From the NCBI GenBank assembly GCA_963542025.1, contig CAUTUQ010000008.1, positions 38,460 to 62,459 on the forward strand: a DNA stretch of 24,000 bases, in the 5' to 3' direction. Position numbers and translations under genes: made by a program. This DNA is from an uncultured Atopobium sp. GTDB lineage: Bacteria; Actinomycetota; Coriobacteriia; Coriobacteriales; Atopobiaceae. Under the pieces are notes generated by a model. The model worked only from the letters and a program-made list of their open reading frames with translations. It was not told the DNA's origin and did no database searches. Below, in pieces: positions 1 through 9,668 of this stretch (positions are counted from its first letter, which is position 1; every line of letters begins with the position of its first letter).

Positions 1-796
1 GTGTTGCGCCGCCGCCAAGCAGAATTGCTAGTGCCTGAGTAAAGCCAAAGAGCAGGCAAGCTGTGTAGGTGTTCAGAGGCTTCCACTTACCAAAGATGAC
101 AGCTGCCAGTGCAATAAAGCCCTGACCAGAAATAGCCGTCTGAGTAAACTGGGAAATAATTGCCAGCGTTACGGATGCGCCGCCAAATCCTGCAAGCACA
201 CCAGAAACAATAACGCAGAGGTAGCGAGTCTTACGAACGCTAATACCCAGTGTCTCGGATGCGTGTGGATGCTCGCCAACGGAGCGAATACGCAGGCCCC
301 ACTTGGTACGATACAGCACAAACCAGACGAGAAGGGCGGTCAAAAGTGCAAGCACCACGGTAATGTCTACGTTCAAGCTGGAATAAGGTGTGTCGTTAAA
401 GGCACCCTCACCAAAGAGCTTTGGCAGCTTATTGACTGCTGGAGACATTGCAGCACCATCAAATAAAAGACGGCAAGCAAACAGAGCAATGCCAGGTGCC
501 AGCAGGTTAATTGCAACACCAGAAACTGTCTGGTCAGCGTTAAACGTAATAGATGCCATGGCGTGCAAAAGCGCAATAAGACCGCCTGCAATACCTGCGC
601 AAAGGAAGCCAACCCAAGGGTTTCCGGTGAGGTAGCTGCCCGCAACACCTGCAAAGGCACCAACGCCCATCATGCCCTCAATACCAATGTTGACAACACC
701 GGAGCGCTCGGAGACAACGCCGCCCAGAGCACCAAAAATAAGAGGTGTCGAGTACATGAGGGTAACGGACACAAGAAGAATCAGGTTAGTGAGCAT
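1..796 (-). CDS. ABC transporter permease, second membrane subunit of a BMP/nucleoside-type importer (YufQ/NupQ-like); 3' end cut by the window edge
   Basis: Absent from the ORF track because there is no stop inside the window. Hand translation of the minus strand from ATG (796-794) stays open to position 1: MLTNLILLVSVTLMYSTPLIFGALGGVVSERSGVVNIGIEGMMGVGAFAGV...GEHPHASETLGISVRKTRYL... It is polytopic and hydrophobic, with the ERSGVxNIGxEGMM-type signature of this permease family. The start overlaps the upstream permease stop (786-788) by 11 nt. Confidence 0.85.
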   Translation of the reverse strand, partial: MLTNLILLVSVTLMYSTPLIFGALGGVVSERSGVVNIGIEGMMGVGAFAGVAGSYLTGNPWVGFLCAGIAGGLIALLHAMASITFNADQTVSGVAINLLAPGIALFACRLLFDGAAMSPAVNKLPKLFGEGAFNDTPYSSLNVDITVVLALLTALLVWFVLYRTKWGLRIRSVGEHPHASETLGISVRKTRYLCVIVSGVLAGFGGASVTLAIISQFTQTAISGQGFIALAAVIFGKWKPLNTYTACLLFGFTQALAILLGGGAT

Positions 797-1988
797 TGTT
801 TGCCTCCTCCTGAGATGGGTCGGACGCATCACTCACTTGAGCAGCAAGCTTTGCCTCTTCTTCCTTAGCCTTCTGGGCACGCTTGTGATCAAGACGGTCG
901 GCAAGCATTGGAATAACGCCACCCAGAGCCATAAAGAACACGATGGTACCAATAACAATGTTGATAATCTCGGAAGGTGCACCAACCGTCTGCTGAACCG
1001 TCTGACCACCATAAAGAAGACCAGCAAACAGGAAGGATGCAGGAATACATGCCACAGGGTTGCAGTTGGCGATAAACGCAACGGACAGACCGTTAAAGCC
1101 GTTGTTCTCAAATGCTGCCAGCGTTGCAATACTGTGAGGAGCAATACCGGTGATGGTCAGAGCACCTGCAAGACCGCAGAGTGCACCAGAAATAGCCATG
1201 CAGAGCGTAATGTTTTTCTTAACGTTGATGCCGGTAAACTGTGCAGCGTCACGGTTAAAACCAACAGCGCGCATCTCATAACCAACCTTGGTGCGCATAA
1301 GCAGCCAACCAATAAAGATAGCTGCGATAATAGCAACAACAATACCAATGTTTACATCGGTACGCATAATAGCGTCGCCAATAACAGGAATATTGCGAAT
1401 TGTCTCAGCACCGTCCTCGGAATTCTTCATGCCATAGAACAGTGTGGTGTAGCCAGACTCGTTAATGGAGTATGAAGAAGTTGAGTTTGGCTGGTGGAAC
1501 TGTGGAAGAGAAACCACAAAGTTGCAGAGGTAAAGGCTGATCCAGTTAAACATAATGCTGGTAATAACCTCGTTGATGCCAAACTGAGCCTTAAGCCATC
1601 CAATAATGGCACCAATACCTGCGCCGCCTGCGGTACCAACCAAAACAACTACAGGAATCTGTAGCACAGGAGGAAGATCAAGACTGTAGCCAACAATAAC
1701 AGCGAGGATGGTACCTACAATGTACTGACCCTCAGCGCCAATGTTAAAGAGGCCAACGCGGAATGCAAAAGCAACCGCAATACCTGTAAAGAGCAAAGGT
1801 GTTGCCTTAATAATGACGTTAGAAATGTATTTTGGCTTACCTACCATGCCGCCAATAAGAGCCTCAAACGAGCTGATAGGGTCATATCCTGCAACAACCA
1901 AAATAATAGAAGCAACCAACAGGCCAACAAAAATAGCAACAATTGCTGACGTAATGGGCTTCCTCATTATCTTTGTAAGCGTACTCAC
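786..1988 (-). CDS. ABC transporter permease, first membrane subunit (YufP/NupP-like) of the BMP/nucleoside importer
   Basis: 400 aa ORF, very hydrophobic with multiple predicted TM helices (FNIGAEGQYIVG motif) and an extended periplasmic loop typical of the first permease of BMP-type systems. The GTG start (1988-1986) overlaps the TGA of the ATPase gene (GTGA coupling). Confidence 0.9.
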   Translation of the reverse strand: MSTLTKIMRKPITSAIVAIFVGLLVASIILVVAGYDPISSFEALIGGMVGKPKYISNVIIKATPLLFTGIAVAFAFRVGLFNIGAEGQYIVGTILAVIVGYSLDLPPVLQIPVVVLVGTAGGAGIGAIIGWLKAQFGINEVITSIMFNWISLYLCNFVVSLPQFHQPNSTSSYSINESGYTTLFYGMKNSEDGAETIRNIPVIGDAIMRTDVNIGIVVAIIAAIFIGWLLMRTKVGYEMRAVGFNRDAAQFTGINVKKNITLCMAISGALCGLAGALTITGIAPHSIATLAAFENNGFNGLSVAFIANCNPVACIPASFLFAGLLYGGQTVQQTVGAPSEIINIVIGTIVFFMALGGVIPMLADRLDHKRAQKAKEEEAKLAAQVSDASDPSQEEANNAH

Positions 1989-3514
1989 TCGGCGTCACCT
2001 CCTGCCATCAGCAGGCCAGCCTGCTCTTCAGTGATAGTACCTTGGTCAAACTCGCCAACATTCTTGCCGGCGTAAATAATTGCCATCTTATCGGCAACGT
2101 CCATAATCTCGTCCAGCTCAAAGGAAATCAGCAAAATTGCTGCTCCACGGTCCCTCTCGCGAATAAGCGCTTTGTGGACAAACTCAATAGCACCAACATC
2201 AAGACCGCGAGTTGGCTGAATGGCAATGAGGACGTCTGGGTTGGAAGAAACCTCACGGGCAATAATAACTTTCTGCTGATTGCCGCCGGAAAGTCCTACT
2301 GCCTGATGCTCTGCACACTCTGCAGGACGAATATCAAACTCATCAATCAGCTTCTGAGAGAATTCCTTTATCTTTGCCAGGTCAAGTGCAATGCCTTTAC
2401 CAAAGGTCTCCTCGTTGTGGCGCTCAAGCACCATGTTCTCGGCAACCGTAAAGGGCAAAACCAGGCCCCAACGATGACGGTCTGAAGGAATAGTTGCAAC
2501 TGCATGGTCAATAACTGTCTTAGGGGTTGTGCCCTGAATCTGTTCACCCTTCACGGTGATGGTTCCTGACTCAGGCTTGACCAGTGCGTTTATAGCATCG
2601 GCAAGTTCTTTTTGGCCGTTGCCGTCAATGCCTGCAAGACCAACAATCTCGCCGGCACGAATATCCAAATTAAAGCCGTTTACCTGCTCAATACCGCGCT
2701 CGTCCTTGACGTGGAGGTCTTTGATTGAAAGAACAACCTCACCAGGAGTTGATGGCTTCTTTTCTACATGCAGGTTAACGTTTCTACCCACCATAAGTGT
2801 TGCAAGCTCAGTCTCGGATGTCTTGGAAACATCAACGGTGCTCATGTACTTACCGCGACGAATAATAGTGCACTCGTCAGCGGAAGACATAATCTCTTTA
2901 AGCTTGTGGGTAATAACAATGATGGTTTTACCCTTGCTTACCAGGTCATGCATAATCTGGATAAGCTTCTCAATCTCCTGTGGCGTAAGAACTGCCGTAG
3001 GCTCATCAAGAATAAGAATCTCTGCGCCGCGATACAGGGCCTTTAAGATCTCAACACGCTGCTGCATACCAACAGAAATGTCTTCAATCTTGGCGTCAGG
3101 ATCTACGTCAAAGCCGTATTCCTCAACAATCTCCAGGACCTTCTCGCGAGCTCGCTTTGGATCAAGGACGCCACCAGCCTTGGTGACCTCATTGCCCAAA
3201 ACAATATTTTCTGTAACAGTAAAGTTCTCAACCAACATAAAGTGCTGGTGAACCATACCAATGCCGTGAGCGATAGCATCGTTTGGGCCAGAAATGGATA
3301 CGCGCTCTCCGTTGAGGTAAACATCTCCCTCATCCGCAGAATACAGGCCGTACAGTACGTTCATAAGCGTACTTTTACCTGCGCCGTTCTCTCCTAAAAT
3401 GGCGTGGACAGTTTGCTTGCGCACGTTAAGGTCTACGGCGTCAAGAGCTTTAAACGATCCAAAAACTTTGGTAATGCCATGCATCTGAACAGCGTAATCC
3501 GAACTGACTTCCAC
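1985..3514 (-). CDS. ABC transporter ATP-binding protein with duplicated ATPase domains (YufO/NupO/RbsA-like)
   Basis: 509 aa. Walker A GENGAGKST and signature-like SVGMQQRVEILKAL lie in the first half. A second nucleotide-binding domain carries GIDGNGQKEL and LSGGNQQKV. GTG start at 3514 is preceded by AAGGAGG 6 nt upstream. Confidence 0.93.
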   Translation of the reverse strand: MEVSSDYAVQMHGITKVFGSFKALDAVDLNVRKQTVHAILGENGAGKSTLMNVLYGLYSADEGDVYLNGERVSISGPNDAIAHGIGMVHQHFMLVENFTVTENIVLGNEVTKAGGVLDPKRAREKVLEIVEEYGFDVDPDAKIEDISVGMQQRVEILKALYRGAEILILDEPTAVLTPQEIEKLIQIMHDLVSKGKTIIVITHKLKEIMSSADECTIIRRGKYMSTVDVSKTSETELATLMVGRNVNLHVEKKPSTPGEVVLSIKDLHVKDERGIEQVNGFNLDIRAGEIVGLAGIDGNGQKELADAINALVKPESGTITVKGEQIQGTTPKTVIDHAVATIPSDRHRWGLVLPFTVAENMVLERHNEETFGKGIALDLAKIKEFSQKLIDEFDIRPAECAEHQAVGLSGGNQQKVIIAREVSSNPDVLIAIQPTRGLDVGAIEFVHKALIRERDRGAAILLISFELDEIMDVADKMAIIYAGKNVGEFDQGTITEEQAGLLMAGGDAE

Positions 3515-3542
3515 GAGCCACCTCCTTTACACACTTGCTAGA

Positions 3543-3572
3543 GGTGAGGAGTGCCAAAGAGCACCCCTCACC
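3543..3572 (-). other. Intercistronic stem-loop between the binding-protein gene and the ATPase gene
   Basis: ggtgaggagtgc-caaaga-gcacccctcacc gives 12 bp arms with one mismatch. It lies in the 147 nt gap inside the operon. Such hairpins commonly stabilise the upstream binding-protein message; no T-run follows, so it is not called a terminator. Confidence 0.4.
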
Positions 3573-3619
3573 AGCAAATCCAAACTCATCGGCCTTTGGG
3601 CACGTCAGAGGACAAAAGC

Positions 3620-3636
3620 CATCTGGCGAGAAACCC
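3620..3636 (+). repeat. Copy 1 of the dispersed motif catCTGGCGAGAAACCC
   Basis: The exact 14-mer ctggcgagaaaccc is also found at 17481-17494 (+) and, as its reverse complement, at 13485-13498. The 17-mer catctggcgagaaaccc is shared with 17478-17494. Confidence 0.7.
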
Positions 3637-3661
3637 TAAGGCGTAAAAACTAAGTTAGAAC

Positions 3662-4735
3662 TTAGCTCAAAGACTTAACGTACTTGTCCAGGTCATCCTT
3701 GCTTGCAGGAGGAACAACGGAGCCAGCCTTGATCTTGTCGAGAAGACCAATAGCTGCCTTGTAGGTGTCCTCAGCCATGAGGTGGTGATCCTCAGCAATT
3801 CCGACAGCATCCTCGGAAGCGCCCAGAGAAATGGTGGTGCCACCCTTCTGGCCGTCCTTCAGGATCTTCTCGGAAATCTCAACGATAGCAACGTTGACGC
3901 GCTTAAGAGCGGAGGTCAGAACGTTCTCTGGAGCAAGATATGCCTGGTCACGGTCAACGCCGATAGCAAGCTTGTTTGCGTCCTTAGCTGCCTCAATAAC
4001 GCCGGTTCCTACGCCGCCTGCAGCGTGGAAGACAACGTCGCAACCATCGGAGTACATGGAGTTAGCAATAGCCTTGCCCTTTGCAGCATCGGAGAAGGAC
4101 TCTGCGTACTGTGCAGAAACCTCAACGTTGGTGTTGTTCTCCTTGTTTGCAAAAGCAACGCCGCCGCGGTAACCATACTCAAACTGGTCGATAAGTGCGG
4201 AAGAAATGCCGCCAACAAAGCCAACCTTGCCAGTCTTTGTGGTGCGAGCAGCAATGTAGCCAACAACAAAGGAAGGCTCCTGAGCGCGGAACATAACGCC
4301 GGTGAAGTTGGCAACCTGAGACTCGTTGCCGTTGTCGATAATGGCAAACTGGGTGTTTGGATTGTCCTTAGCAGCCTTAAGGGTTGCGTCTGCCATAGCA
4401 AAGCCAACACCCCAAACAAGGTCGGACTCAGCGTCAACAGCCTTATCAAGGTTGGTTGCGTAATCGGAATCCTGCTTGGACTCAAGGTAGCTGACATCCC
4501 AGCCGTTCTTGTCCTTGAGCTCGGTCATGCCCTCCCAAGCGGACTGGTTAAAGGACTGGTCGTTAACACCACCAGTATCGGTAACCATGGTGAGCTTCTT
4601 TTTCTTGTCACCTGATGCCTTCTGGCCGCCGTCGTCCTTCTTCTGGTTGCAGCCTGCAAGACCTGCGAGTGCTGCAAGTGCGCCAGCGCCGGTTGCGCCA
4701 GTCACAAAACTACGACGAGAAACGTTCTTGTTCAT
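3662..4735 (-). CDS. BMP-family (PnrA/TmpC/Med-like) nucleoside-binding lipoprotein, substrate-binding component of the ABC importer
   Basis: 357 aa. The N-terminus MNKNVSRRSFVTGATGAGALAALAGLAGC combines a twin-arginine-like SRRSFV motif with a lipobox LAGC. The mature part has BMP-family features (VTDTGGVNDQSFNQSAWEG, GVGFA, FVGG). RBS AAGGAG lies 8 nt upstream of the ATG. Confidence 0.9.
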   Translation of the reverse strand: MNKNVSRRSFVTGATGAGALAALAGLAGCNQKKDDGGQKASGDKKKKLTMVTDTGGVNDQSFNQSAWEGMTELKDKNGWDVSYLESKQDSDYATNLDKAVDAESDLVWGVGFAMADATLKAAKDNPNTQFAIIDNGNESQVANFTGVMFRAQEPSFVVGYIAARTTKTGKVGFVGGISSALIDQFEYGYRGGVAFANKENNTNVEVSAQYAESFSDAAKGKAIANSMYSDGCDVVFHAAGGVGTGVIEAAKDANKLAIGVDRDQAYLAPENVLTSALKRVNVAIVEISEKILKDGQKGGTTISLGASEDAVGIAEDHHLMAEDTYKAAIGLLDKIKAGSVVPPASKDDLDKYVKSLS

Positions 4736-4898
4736 TCCGTGCTCTCCTTACCTCATGTGGCGGGAACATCCAGCTTTTATGCTGGATCTTTATGAGAAGT
4801 TGACCAAACTTCCCTAACTTAAGCGGAAAATCCGCATGGTTCCAAAACAAACAGCAATGACAAGCTGCTGATCTGCGATGCCTTGCGCAACAAACGCT

Positions 4899-5609
4899 TT
4901 AAGCAACAACAGAAAGAGCAACCTCCATCATCTGTGTGAAGCTAGTCTGACGCTCCTCAGCAGTAAGTGCTTCTCCTGTAAGAGGCAGGTCAGAGATAGT
5001 TAGCAGCGTAAGCGCATGCTTATGAGCGTGCATGGCGTTGAGATACAGGGCTGCCGACTCCATCTCAACGGCAAGAACATCCATGCTTGCCCATTTTGGA
5101 AGCGAGTTGTCTACGGTATAAAACACGTCGCTTGCCAAGATATTACCAACGCGAACGGGATAGCCCAGCTTCTCTGCACCAGCAACAGCCTTGCTCAACA
5201 GGCCAAAGTCTGCGGTAGGTGCAATGGTTCCAGGCATTCCGTACTGTGATGGATAATTAGAATCAGTGCTGGAAGACATGCCAATAACAATGTCTCTGAG
5301 CTTTACCTCAGGAGAAAGGCCGCCAGCACTACCAATACGGAGAATGTTATCAACTCCGTAGAAATTAAAGAGCTCGTAAGAATAAATACCAATGGAAGGC
5401 ATACCCATACCAGAACCCATAACGGAGACGGGCTGTCCCTTGTAGGTTCCGGTGTAGCCAAACATGTTGCGTACGGTGTTGAACTGCTCAACGTTCTCCA
5501 GGTACGTGTCTGCAAGAAGCTTTGCGCGCAGAGGATCGCCTGGCATGAGGACAGTCTTAGCAATCTGGCCCTCAACAGCAGCGTTATGGGCAGTTGGGGT
5601 AGTAGCCAT
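4899..5609 (-). CDS. deoD: Purine nucleoside phosphorylase, DeoD type
   Basis: 236 aa. [24 protein letters not shown] and [12 protein letters not shown] are hallmark PNP family-1 motifs. The ATG overlaps the deoB stop by 1 nt (TAATG). Confidence 0.92.
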   Translation of the reverse strand: MATTPTAHNAAVEGQIAKTVLMPGDPLRAKLLADTYLENVEQFNTVRNMFGYTGTYKGQPVSVMGSGMGMPSIGIYSYELFNFYGVDNILRIGSAGGLSPEVKLRDIVIGMSSSTDSNYPSQYGMPGTIAPTADFGLLSKAVAGAEKLGYPVRVGNILASDVFYTVDNSLPKWASMDVLAVEMESAALYLNAMHAHKHALTLLTISDLPLTGEALTAEERQTSFTQMMEVALSVVA

Positions 5610-6799
5610 TAGTTCTCCTTAAGAATCTCTGACAGGTGAGAAGTTCCAACACCAAGTTGCTCAACGCCAAAATAATCAAGGATTGTCTCGGCCATGTCGG
5701 CAAATGTGGTGGTTGTACCAAGGTTGGTGTTTGGCTTGACCTTTGGACCTGTGATAAGCAGTGGCACGTACTCACGAGAGTGATCAGTAGATGGCGTTAC
5801 AGGATCGCAGCCATGATCTGCGGTAATAATGAACAGGTCATCCTCACGAAGACCCTCAATAATCTGAGGAATGCGCTCGTCAAAGTAAGAAAGAGCGTTG
5901 GAGTATCCCACAGGATCGTTGCGGTGACCGTAAATCATGTCTGTATCAACAAGGTTGGTGAAGCACAGACCGTTAAAGTCTTTGCTGGTAGCCTCAATAG
6001 TTTTCTGAATTCCGTCTGCGTTGCAGGTGGTGAATTCAAACTCGGTCATACCGCGGTGAGCAAAGATGTCATAAATCTTGCCAATAGAAAGAACATCAAA
6101 GCCGTTCTCTTTGAGGCGATCAAGCATGGTTGGACCCGTTGGCTCAAGCGAGAAGTCATGACGGCGAGAAGTACGCTGGTATGGCCACTCCCCCTCAAAA
6201 GGACGGGCAATAACGCGAGCAACACCGTGCTCACCCTGCAGAATCTCGCGTGCAATACGGCAATACTCATAGAGTTTCTCGGGACTTACCACGTCCTCAT
6301 GAGCAGCAATCTGGAAAACAGAATCTGCTGAGGTATAGACAATCAGAGCACCAGTCTCTACGTGCTCTTTACCAAAGTCTCTAATAACATCGGTTCCGGA
6401 GTAAGGCTTGTTGCACAAAACCTTGCGGCCTGTCTTCTGCTCAAACTCCTCAATAACCTCCTGTGGAAAACCATCAGGATAGGTTGGGAACTTCTTTGGA
6501 GAAATGACGCCTGCCATCTCCCAGTGGCCAACGGTGGTGTCTTTACCAGCTGATTTCTCCTGCATACGAGCGTATGCACCCACAGGAGACTCAATTGGCT
6601 TCAGTTCAACGTCATACACAGTATCAAGCGCGCCATCAATATTAAGAAGGCCCAGCTTTGTCATATTTGGGATAGTAAGAACGCCACTTGTTGCACAGGC
6701 ACAAAGGGTATTGCTACCCTCGTCTCCGTATGCCGCTGCATCAGGCTCTTCGCCAATGCCAAAACTATCAAGAACAACTACAAAAACACGTTTAGGCAT
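5609..6799 (-). CDS. deoB: Phosphopentomutase
   Basis: [10 protein letters not shown] near the N-terminus, and HRNDP and TADHGCDP near the C-terminus, are typical DeoB metalloenzyme motifs. I trimmed the track ORF (start 6829) to the ATG at 6799, which has GGAGG 5 nt upstream (taggaggtagtATG). This gives 396 aa. Confidence 0.92.
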   Translation of the reverse strand: MPKRVFVVVLDSFGIGEEPDAAAYGDEGSNTLCACATSGVLTIPNMTKLGLLNIDGALDTVYDVELKPIESPVGAYARMQEKSAGKDTTVGHWEMAGVISPKKFPTYPDGFPQEVIEEFEQKTGRKVLCNKPYSGTDVIRDFGKEHVETGALIVYTSADSVFQIAAHEDVVSPEKLYEYCRIAREILQGEHGVARVIARPFEGEWPYQRTSRRHDFSLEPTGPTMLDRLKENGFDVLSIGKIYDIFAHRGMTEFEFTTCNADGIQKTIEATSKDFNGLCFTNLVDTDMIYGHRNDPVGYSNALSYFDERIPQIIEGLREDDLFIITADHGCDPVTPSTDHSREYVPLLITGPKVKPNTNLGTTTTFADMAETILDYFGVEQLGVGTSHLSEILKEN

Positions 6800-7111
6800 A
6801 CTACCTCCTAAAACGCCCGAAACAAGCATTTACGCACGATACGTACGCAAACTAACTTATGTGGACGAGTCATTACTATTCATTAAATATATTATTACAG
6901 TTACATAATACCGACGCCCAATTTAGAGAGATTTTCACGATACAACCGTTTGCAGATACTAAAATTCTGTAAACGGTACGCAGCAAATGCTTAGAAAAAT
7001 TAAGCAGGTAAAACCAATGTGGCGAGAAAATCGTTGAGCTCACCAGGGAAAAATTTAATGAATTCATTCTTTACAGACTCTAGCTGCTGTCTTATCGTTG
7101 TCCAAAGCAAG

Positions 7112-7175
7112 ATTTAAGCACTAGCTTAAATAAGATAAGCACCTGTTTAGAAGTTTTATATAAGCACCTGTTTAG
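7112..7175. promoter_or_regulatory. Candidate operator cluster in the deoB/psuK divergent control region
   Basis: Palindrome atttaagc-acta-gcttaaat (7112-7131) is followed by two exact 16 bp direct repeats ataagcacctgtttag (7135-7150 and 7160-7175, 25 bp period). The cluster ends about 30 bp upstream of the psuK start, in an AT-rich 400 bp intergenic region. Confidence 0.3.
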
Positions 7176-7206
7176 TCGGATTCTATTTTTGCTGCTAGGA
7201 GGCCTG

Positions 7207-8289
7207 ATGCTCACCAATCGAGAACAGATGATTTTCAACTGGATTAAAGAGCAGCCTTCCATTACTCAGAAGGAAATTGCAGAGCGCGCTGGTATCTCGC
7301 GTTCTTCTGTTTCGGTTCACATCTCCAACCTTACCGCAAAGGGCGCAATTTTGGGCCGCCGCTACATTTTGAGCGAGCGTCCCTACTTTATTGTGATTGG
7401 CGCTGCTAACATGGATATTGCTGGTCGCCCAGACACTTCCCTTGTGGCAGGAGATTCAAACCCTGGCAAGGTCACCATGTCCTTTGGTGGCGTTGGCAGA
7501 AATGTTGCCCACAACCTGGCTCTTCTCGACAGCGACGTTCGTCTGCTCACCGCCTTTGGCGAGGACTATCGTGCGCGCGAGCTCAAAGAAGGTTGCTTGG
7601 ACTGCGGCATTGACATCGACGCCTCTATTACCGTGCCGGGCGCTTCCACTTCCACCTACCTCTTCATCATGGATGAGCACGGTGAGATGCAGGAAGCCAT
7701 CAATGACATGCAGATTTACGAGTATGTCACCCCTGAGCGTATCGAGGAGCGCCTGGACGTCATCCAGCACGCTGCAGCTTGCGTGATTGATACCAACCTG
7801 CCTCAGCAGACCATCGAGTTCATTGCAAAGAACGTGACCTGCCCCATCTTCTGCGATCCTGTTTCTTCCATCAAGGCACAGAAGCTCAAGAGGGTCCTGG
7901 GCAGGATTCACACACTTAAGCCAAATCGCCTTGAGGCCGAGGTGCTCTCGGGCATCAAGATTACTGACGACGAGTCCCTTAAAGCAGCAGCTCAGGAGCT
8001 ACTTGCAACGGGACTTAAGCGCGTGTTTATCTCCCTTGGCGAGAAGGGCCTTCTTTGCGCTGATCACGAGAAGACCGTCCGCTTGCCGCTGCTTCCTGCA
8101 AAGCTGGTCAACATGACTGGTGCAGGAGATGCCATGATGGCGGGAGTTACCTGGGCGTATACTCAGGGCATGACACTTGAGCAGACCGGTTTGGTAGGTA
8201 TGGCTGCTTCCAGCATGGCCATTGAGGGCGAGGACACCATCAACGGTGAGCTCAACGTTGACGAGGTTATCAAGCGCGCAGGTATTTAG
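7207..8289 (+). CDS. psuK: Winged-HTH fused to a PfkB-family kinase, pseudouridine kinase-like (YeiI/PsuK type)
   Basis: The N-terminal ~55 aa (REQMIFNWIKEQPSITQKEIAERAGISRSSVSVHISNLTAKGAI) form an HTH. The remainder is PfkB-like: VIGAANMDIAG, DSNPGKV..SFGGVGRNVAHNLA, and NMTGAGDAMMAG (second PfkB signature). It lies directly upstream of psuG. Start set at ATG 7207 (AGGAGG 5 nt upstream) rather than the track TTG at 7189. Confidence 0.75.
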   Translation: MLTNREQMIFNWIKEQPSITQKEIAERAGISRSSVSVHISNLTAKGAILGRRYILSERPYFIVIGAANMDIAGRPDTSLVAGDSNPGKVTMSFGGVGRNVAHNLALLDSDVRLLTAFGEDYRARELKEGCLDCGIDIDASITVPGASTSTYLFIMDEHGEMQEAINDMQIYEYVTPERIEERLDVIQHAAACVIDTNLPQQTIEFIAKNVTCPIFCDPVSSIKAQKLKRVLGRIHTLKPNRLEAEVLSGIKITDDESLKAAAQELLATGLKRVFISLGEKGLLCADHEKTVRLPLLPAKLVNMTGAGDAMMAGVTWAYTQGMTLEQTGLVGMAASSMAIEGEDTINGELNVDEVIKRAGI

Positions 8290-8292
8290 CGC

Positions 8293-8341
8293 ATCTACAC
8301 GGCACAGCGCGTCTGCACGGCACGGCACGTCTGCACGGCAC
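8293..8341. repeat. 18 bp-period tandem repeat x3 (a/gtctRcacggcac) in the psuK-psuG spacer
   Basis: atctacacggcac (8293-8305), gtctgcacggcac (8311-8323) and gtctgcacggcac (8329-8341). Confidence 0.6.
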
Positions 8342-8380
8342 TACTTTCGGTTCCATTAGTCGTTTACGATTGGAGTATAT

Positions 8381-9307
8381 ATGTCTAACCTGAAGGATTT
8401 TCTCGTTGTATCTGACGAGGTCAAAGAGGCACTTAAGCAGAACAAGCCTGTTGTAGCTCTGGAGTCCACCATCATTTCTCACGGTATGCCTTACCCACAG
8501 AACGTTGAGACCGCTCTGAAGGTTGAGCAGATTATCCGCGACAACGGTGCAATTCCTGCAACTATCGCAATTATTAACGGCCAGATGCGTGCCGGCCTTT
8601 CCGCTGACGAGATTGACTACCTGGGCAAAAAGGGCCGCGAGGTTGCTAAGGTAAGCCGCCGCGACCTCCCCGTTATCATTGCTGAGAAGAAGGACGGCGC
8701 AACTACCGTCACTACTACCATGATGATTGCTCACATGGCAGGCATCGACGTCTTTGCAACCGGTGGCATCGGCGGCGTTCACCGTGGCGCTGAGACCACC
8801 ATGGACATCTCCGCTGACCTTGAGGAGCTTGCACAGACTCCCGTTATGGTCATTTGCGCTGGTGCAAAGTCCATTCTTGACCTTGGCCTTACCCTTGAGT
8901 ACCTGGAGACTAAGGGCGTTCCTGTACTTGGTTATCAGACCGAGGAGCTTCCTGCATTCTATACTCGTAAGAGCGGCTTTAGCGTTGACTACCGTGTTGA
9001 CTCCCCTGCTGAGCTGGCAGAGATCTTTACTACCCAACAGCAGATTGGTATGAACAGCGGTCTTCTGGTTACCAACCCAATTCCTGAGCAGTACGCAATG
9101 GATAAGGACACCATCGACGCAGCTATCGAGAAGGCCCTTGCAGAGGCAGAGGCAAACGGCATCCACGGCAAGGAGTCCACTCCATTCCTGCTTGCAAAGG
9201 TAGCTGAGATCACTGGCAACAACTCCCTTGAGTCCAACATTCAGCTGGTCTTCAACAACGTTGCTCTTGGCGCAAAGGTTGCTGCTGAGGTCTGCAACCG
9301 CAAGTAA
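8381..9307 (+). CDS. psuG: Pseudouridine-5'-phosphate glycosidase
   Basis: 308 aa. VVALESTIISHGMPYPQN, ATGGIGGVHRG and VICAGAKSILD are characteristic of PsuG/YeiN (indigoidine synthase A-like family). GGAG lies 5 nt upstream of the ATG. Confidence 0.93.
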   Translation: MSNLKDFLVVSDEVKEALKQNKPVVALESTIISHGMPYPQNVETALKVEQIIRDNGAIPATIAIINGQMRAGLSADEIDYLGKKGREVAKVSRRDLPVIIAEKKDGATTVTTTMMIAHMAGIDVFATGGIGGVHRGAETTMDISADLEELAQTPVMVICAGAKSILDLGLTLEYLETKGVPVLGYQTEELPAFYTRKSGFSVDYRVDSPAELAEIFTTQQQIGMNSGLLVTNPIPEQYAMDKDTIDAAIEKALAEAEANGIHGKESTPFLLAKVAEITGNNSLESNIQLVFNNVALGAKVAAEVCNRK

Positions 9308-9395
9308 GAGCGCGTCCGCGCTGCGTAAGCACCACGTAAGTACACGTGCGAACGCCGCGTAAGCATCGCATTTCTTTTGGCCCCTACGTCGTTTT

Positions 9396-9439
9396 GAACT
9401 GCCTCCTATTTCTTGAACATAAGAAATGGGAGGTAATTC
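9396..9439 (+). terminator. Hairpin copy 1 (19 bp stem), possible psuG terminator or RNA element
   Basis: gaactgcctcctatttctt-gaacat-aagaaatgggaggtaattc has one C/A mismatch and two G.U-type positions when read as plus-strand RNA. It lies 89 nt after the psuG stop. Only an interrupted T-run follows (atatgcgatttt). Confidence 0.4.
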
Positions 9440-9668
9440 ATATGCGATTTTGTAGCGTGTTAGCGTAGGCTTTTAGGCCTGGCGCACAAAAGAGCGCAGC
9501 TTTGGTAGGTTCTGCTGAAGAGTCGACATGTTCTTAATCAAGATAGCTAGGCAGTTAGGCGGTCGTACTACCTGATATGCATCTCTATGCATAAACTCCA
9601 TCTAATATGCTTGAAAATGAATAGCGAAATATAAAAAATCTAACTATAGGTAAATTCCGCTTCTAAGG

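Noticed and set aside
6800-6829. Longer N-terminal extensions offered by the ORF track for deoB (to 6829), deoC (to 14414) and psuK (TTG 7189).
   Set aside because: Internal starts at 6799, 14312 and 7207 each have a strong GGAGG/AAGGAG RBS at proper spacing and give family-typical lengths. The extensions are non-conserved-looking leader sequence.
8270-9166. 298 aa minus-strand ORF antisense to psuG. Similar long antisense ORFs lie at 3782-4615 (+), 2556-3251 (+), 672-1475 (+), 5636-6331 (+), 11332-11934 (-), 12067-12708 (-), 13344-14108 (+), 16349-17311 (+) and 18040-18816 (-).
   Set aside because: Each lies entirely within, and antisense to or out of frame with, a gene that has strong family motifs. 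Their translations are low-complexity (Leu/Ser/Arg/Cys/Val-rich), as expected for shadow ORFs in GC-rich DNA. None has a convincing RBS.
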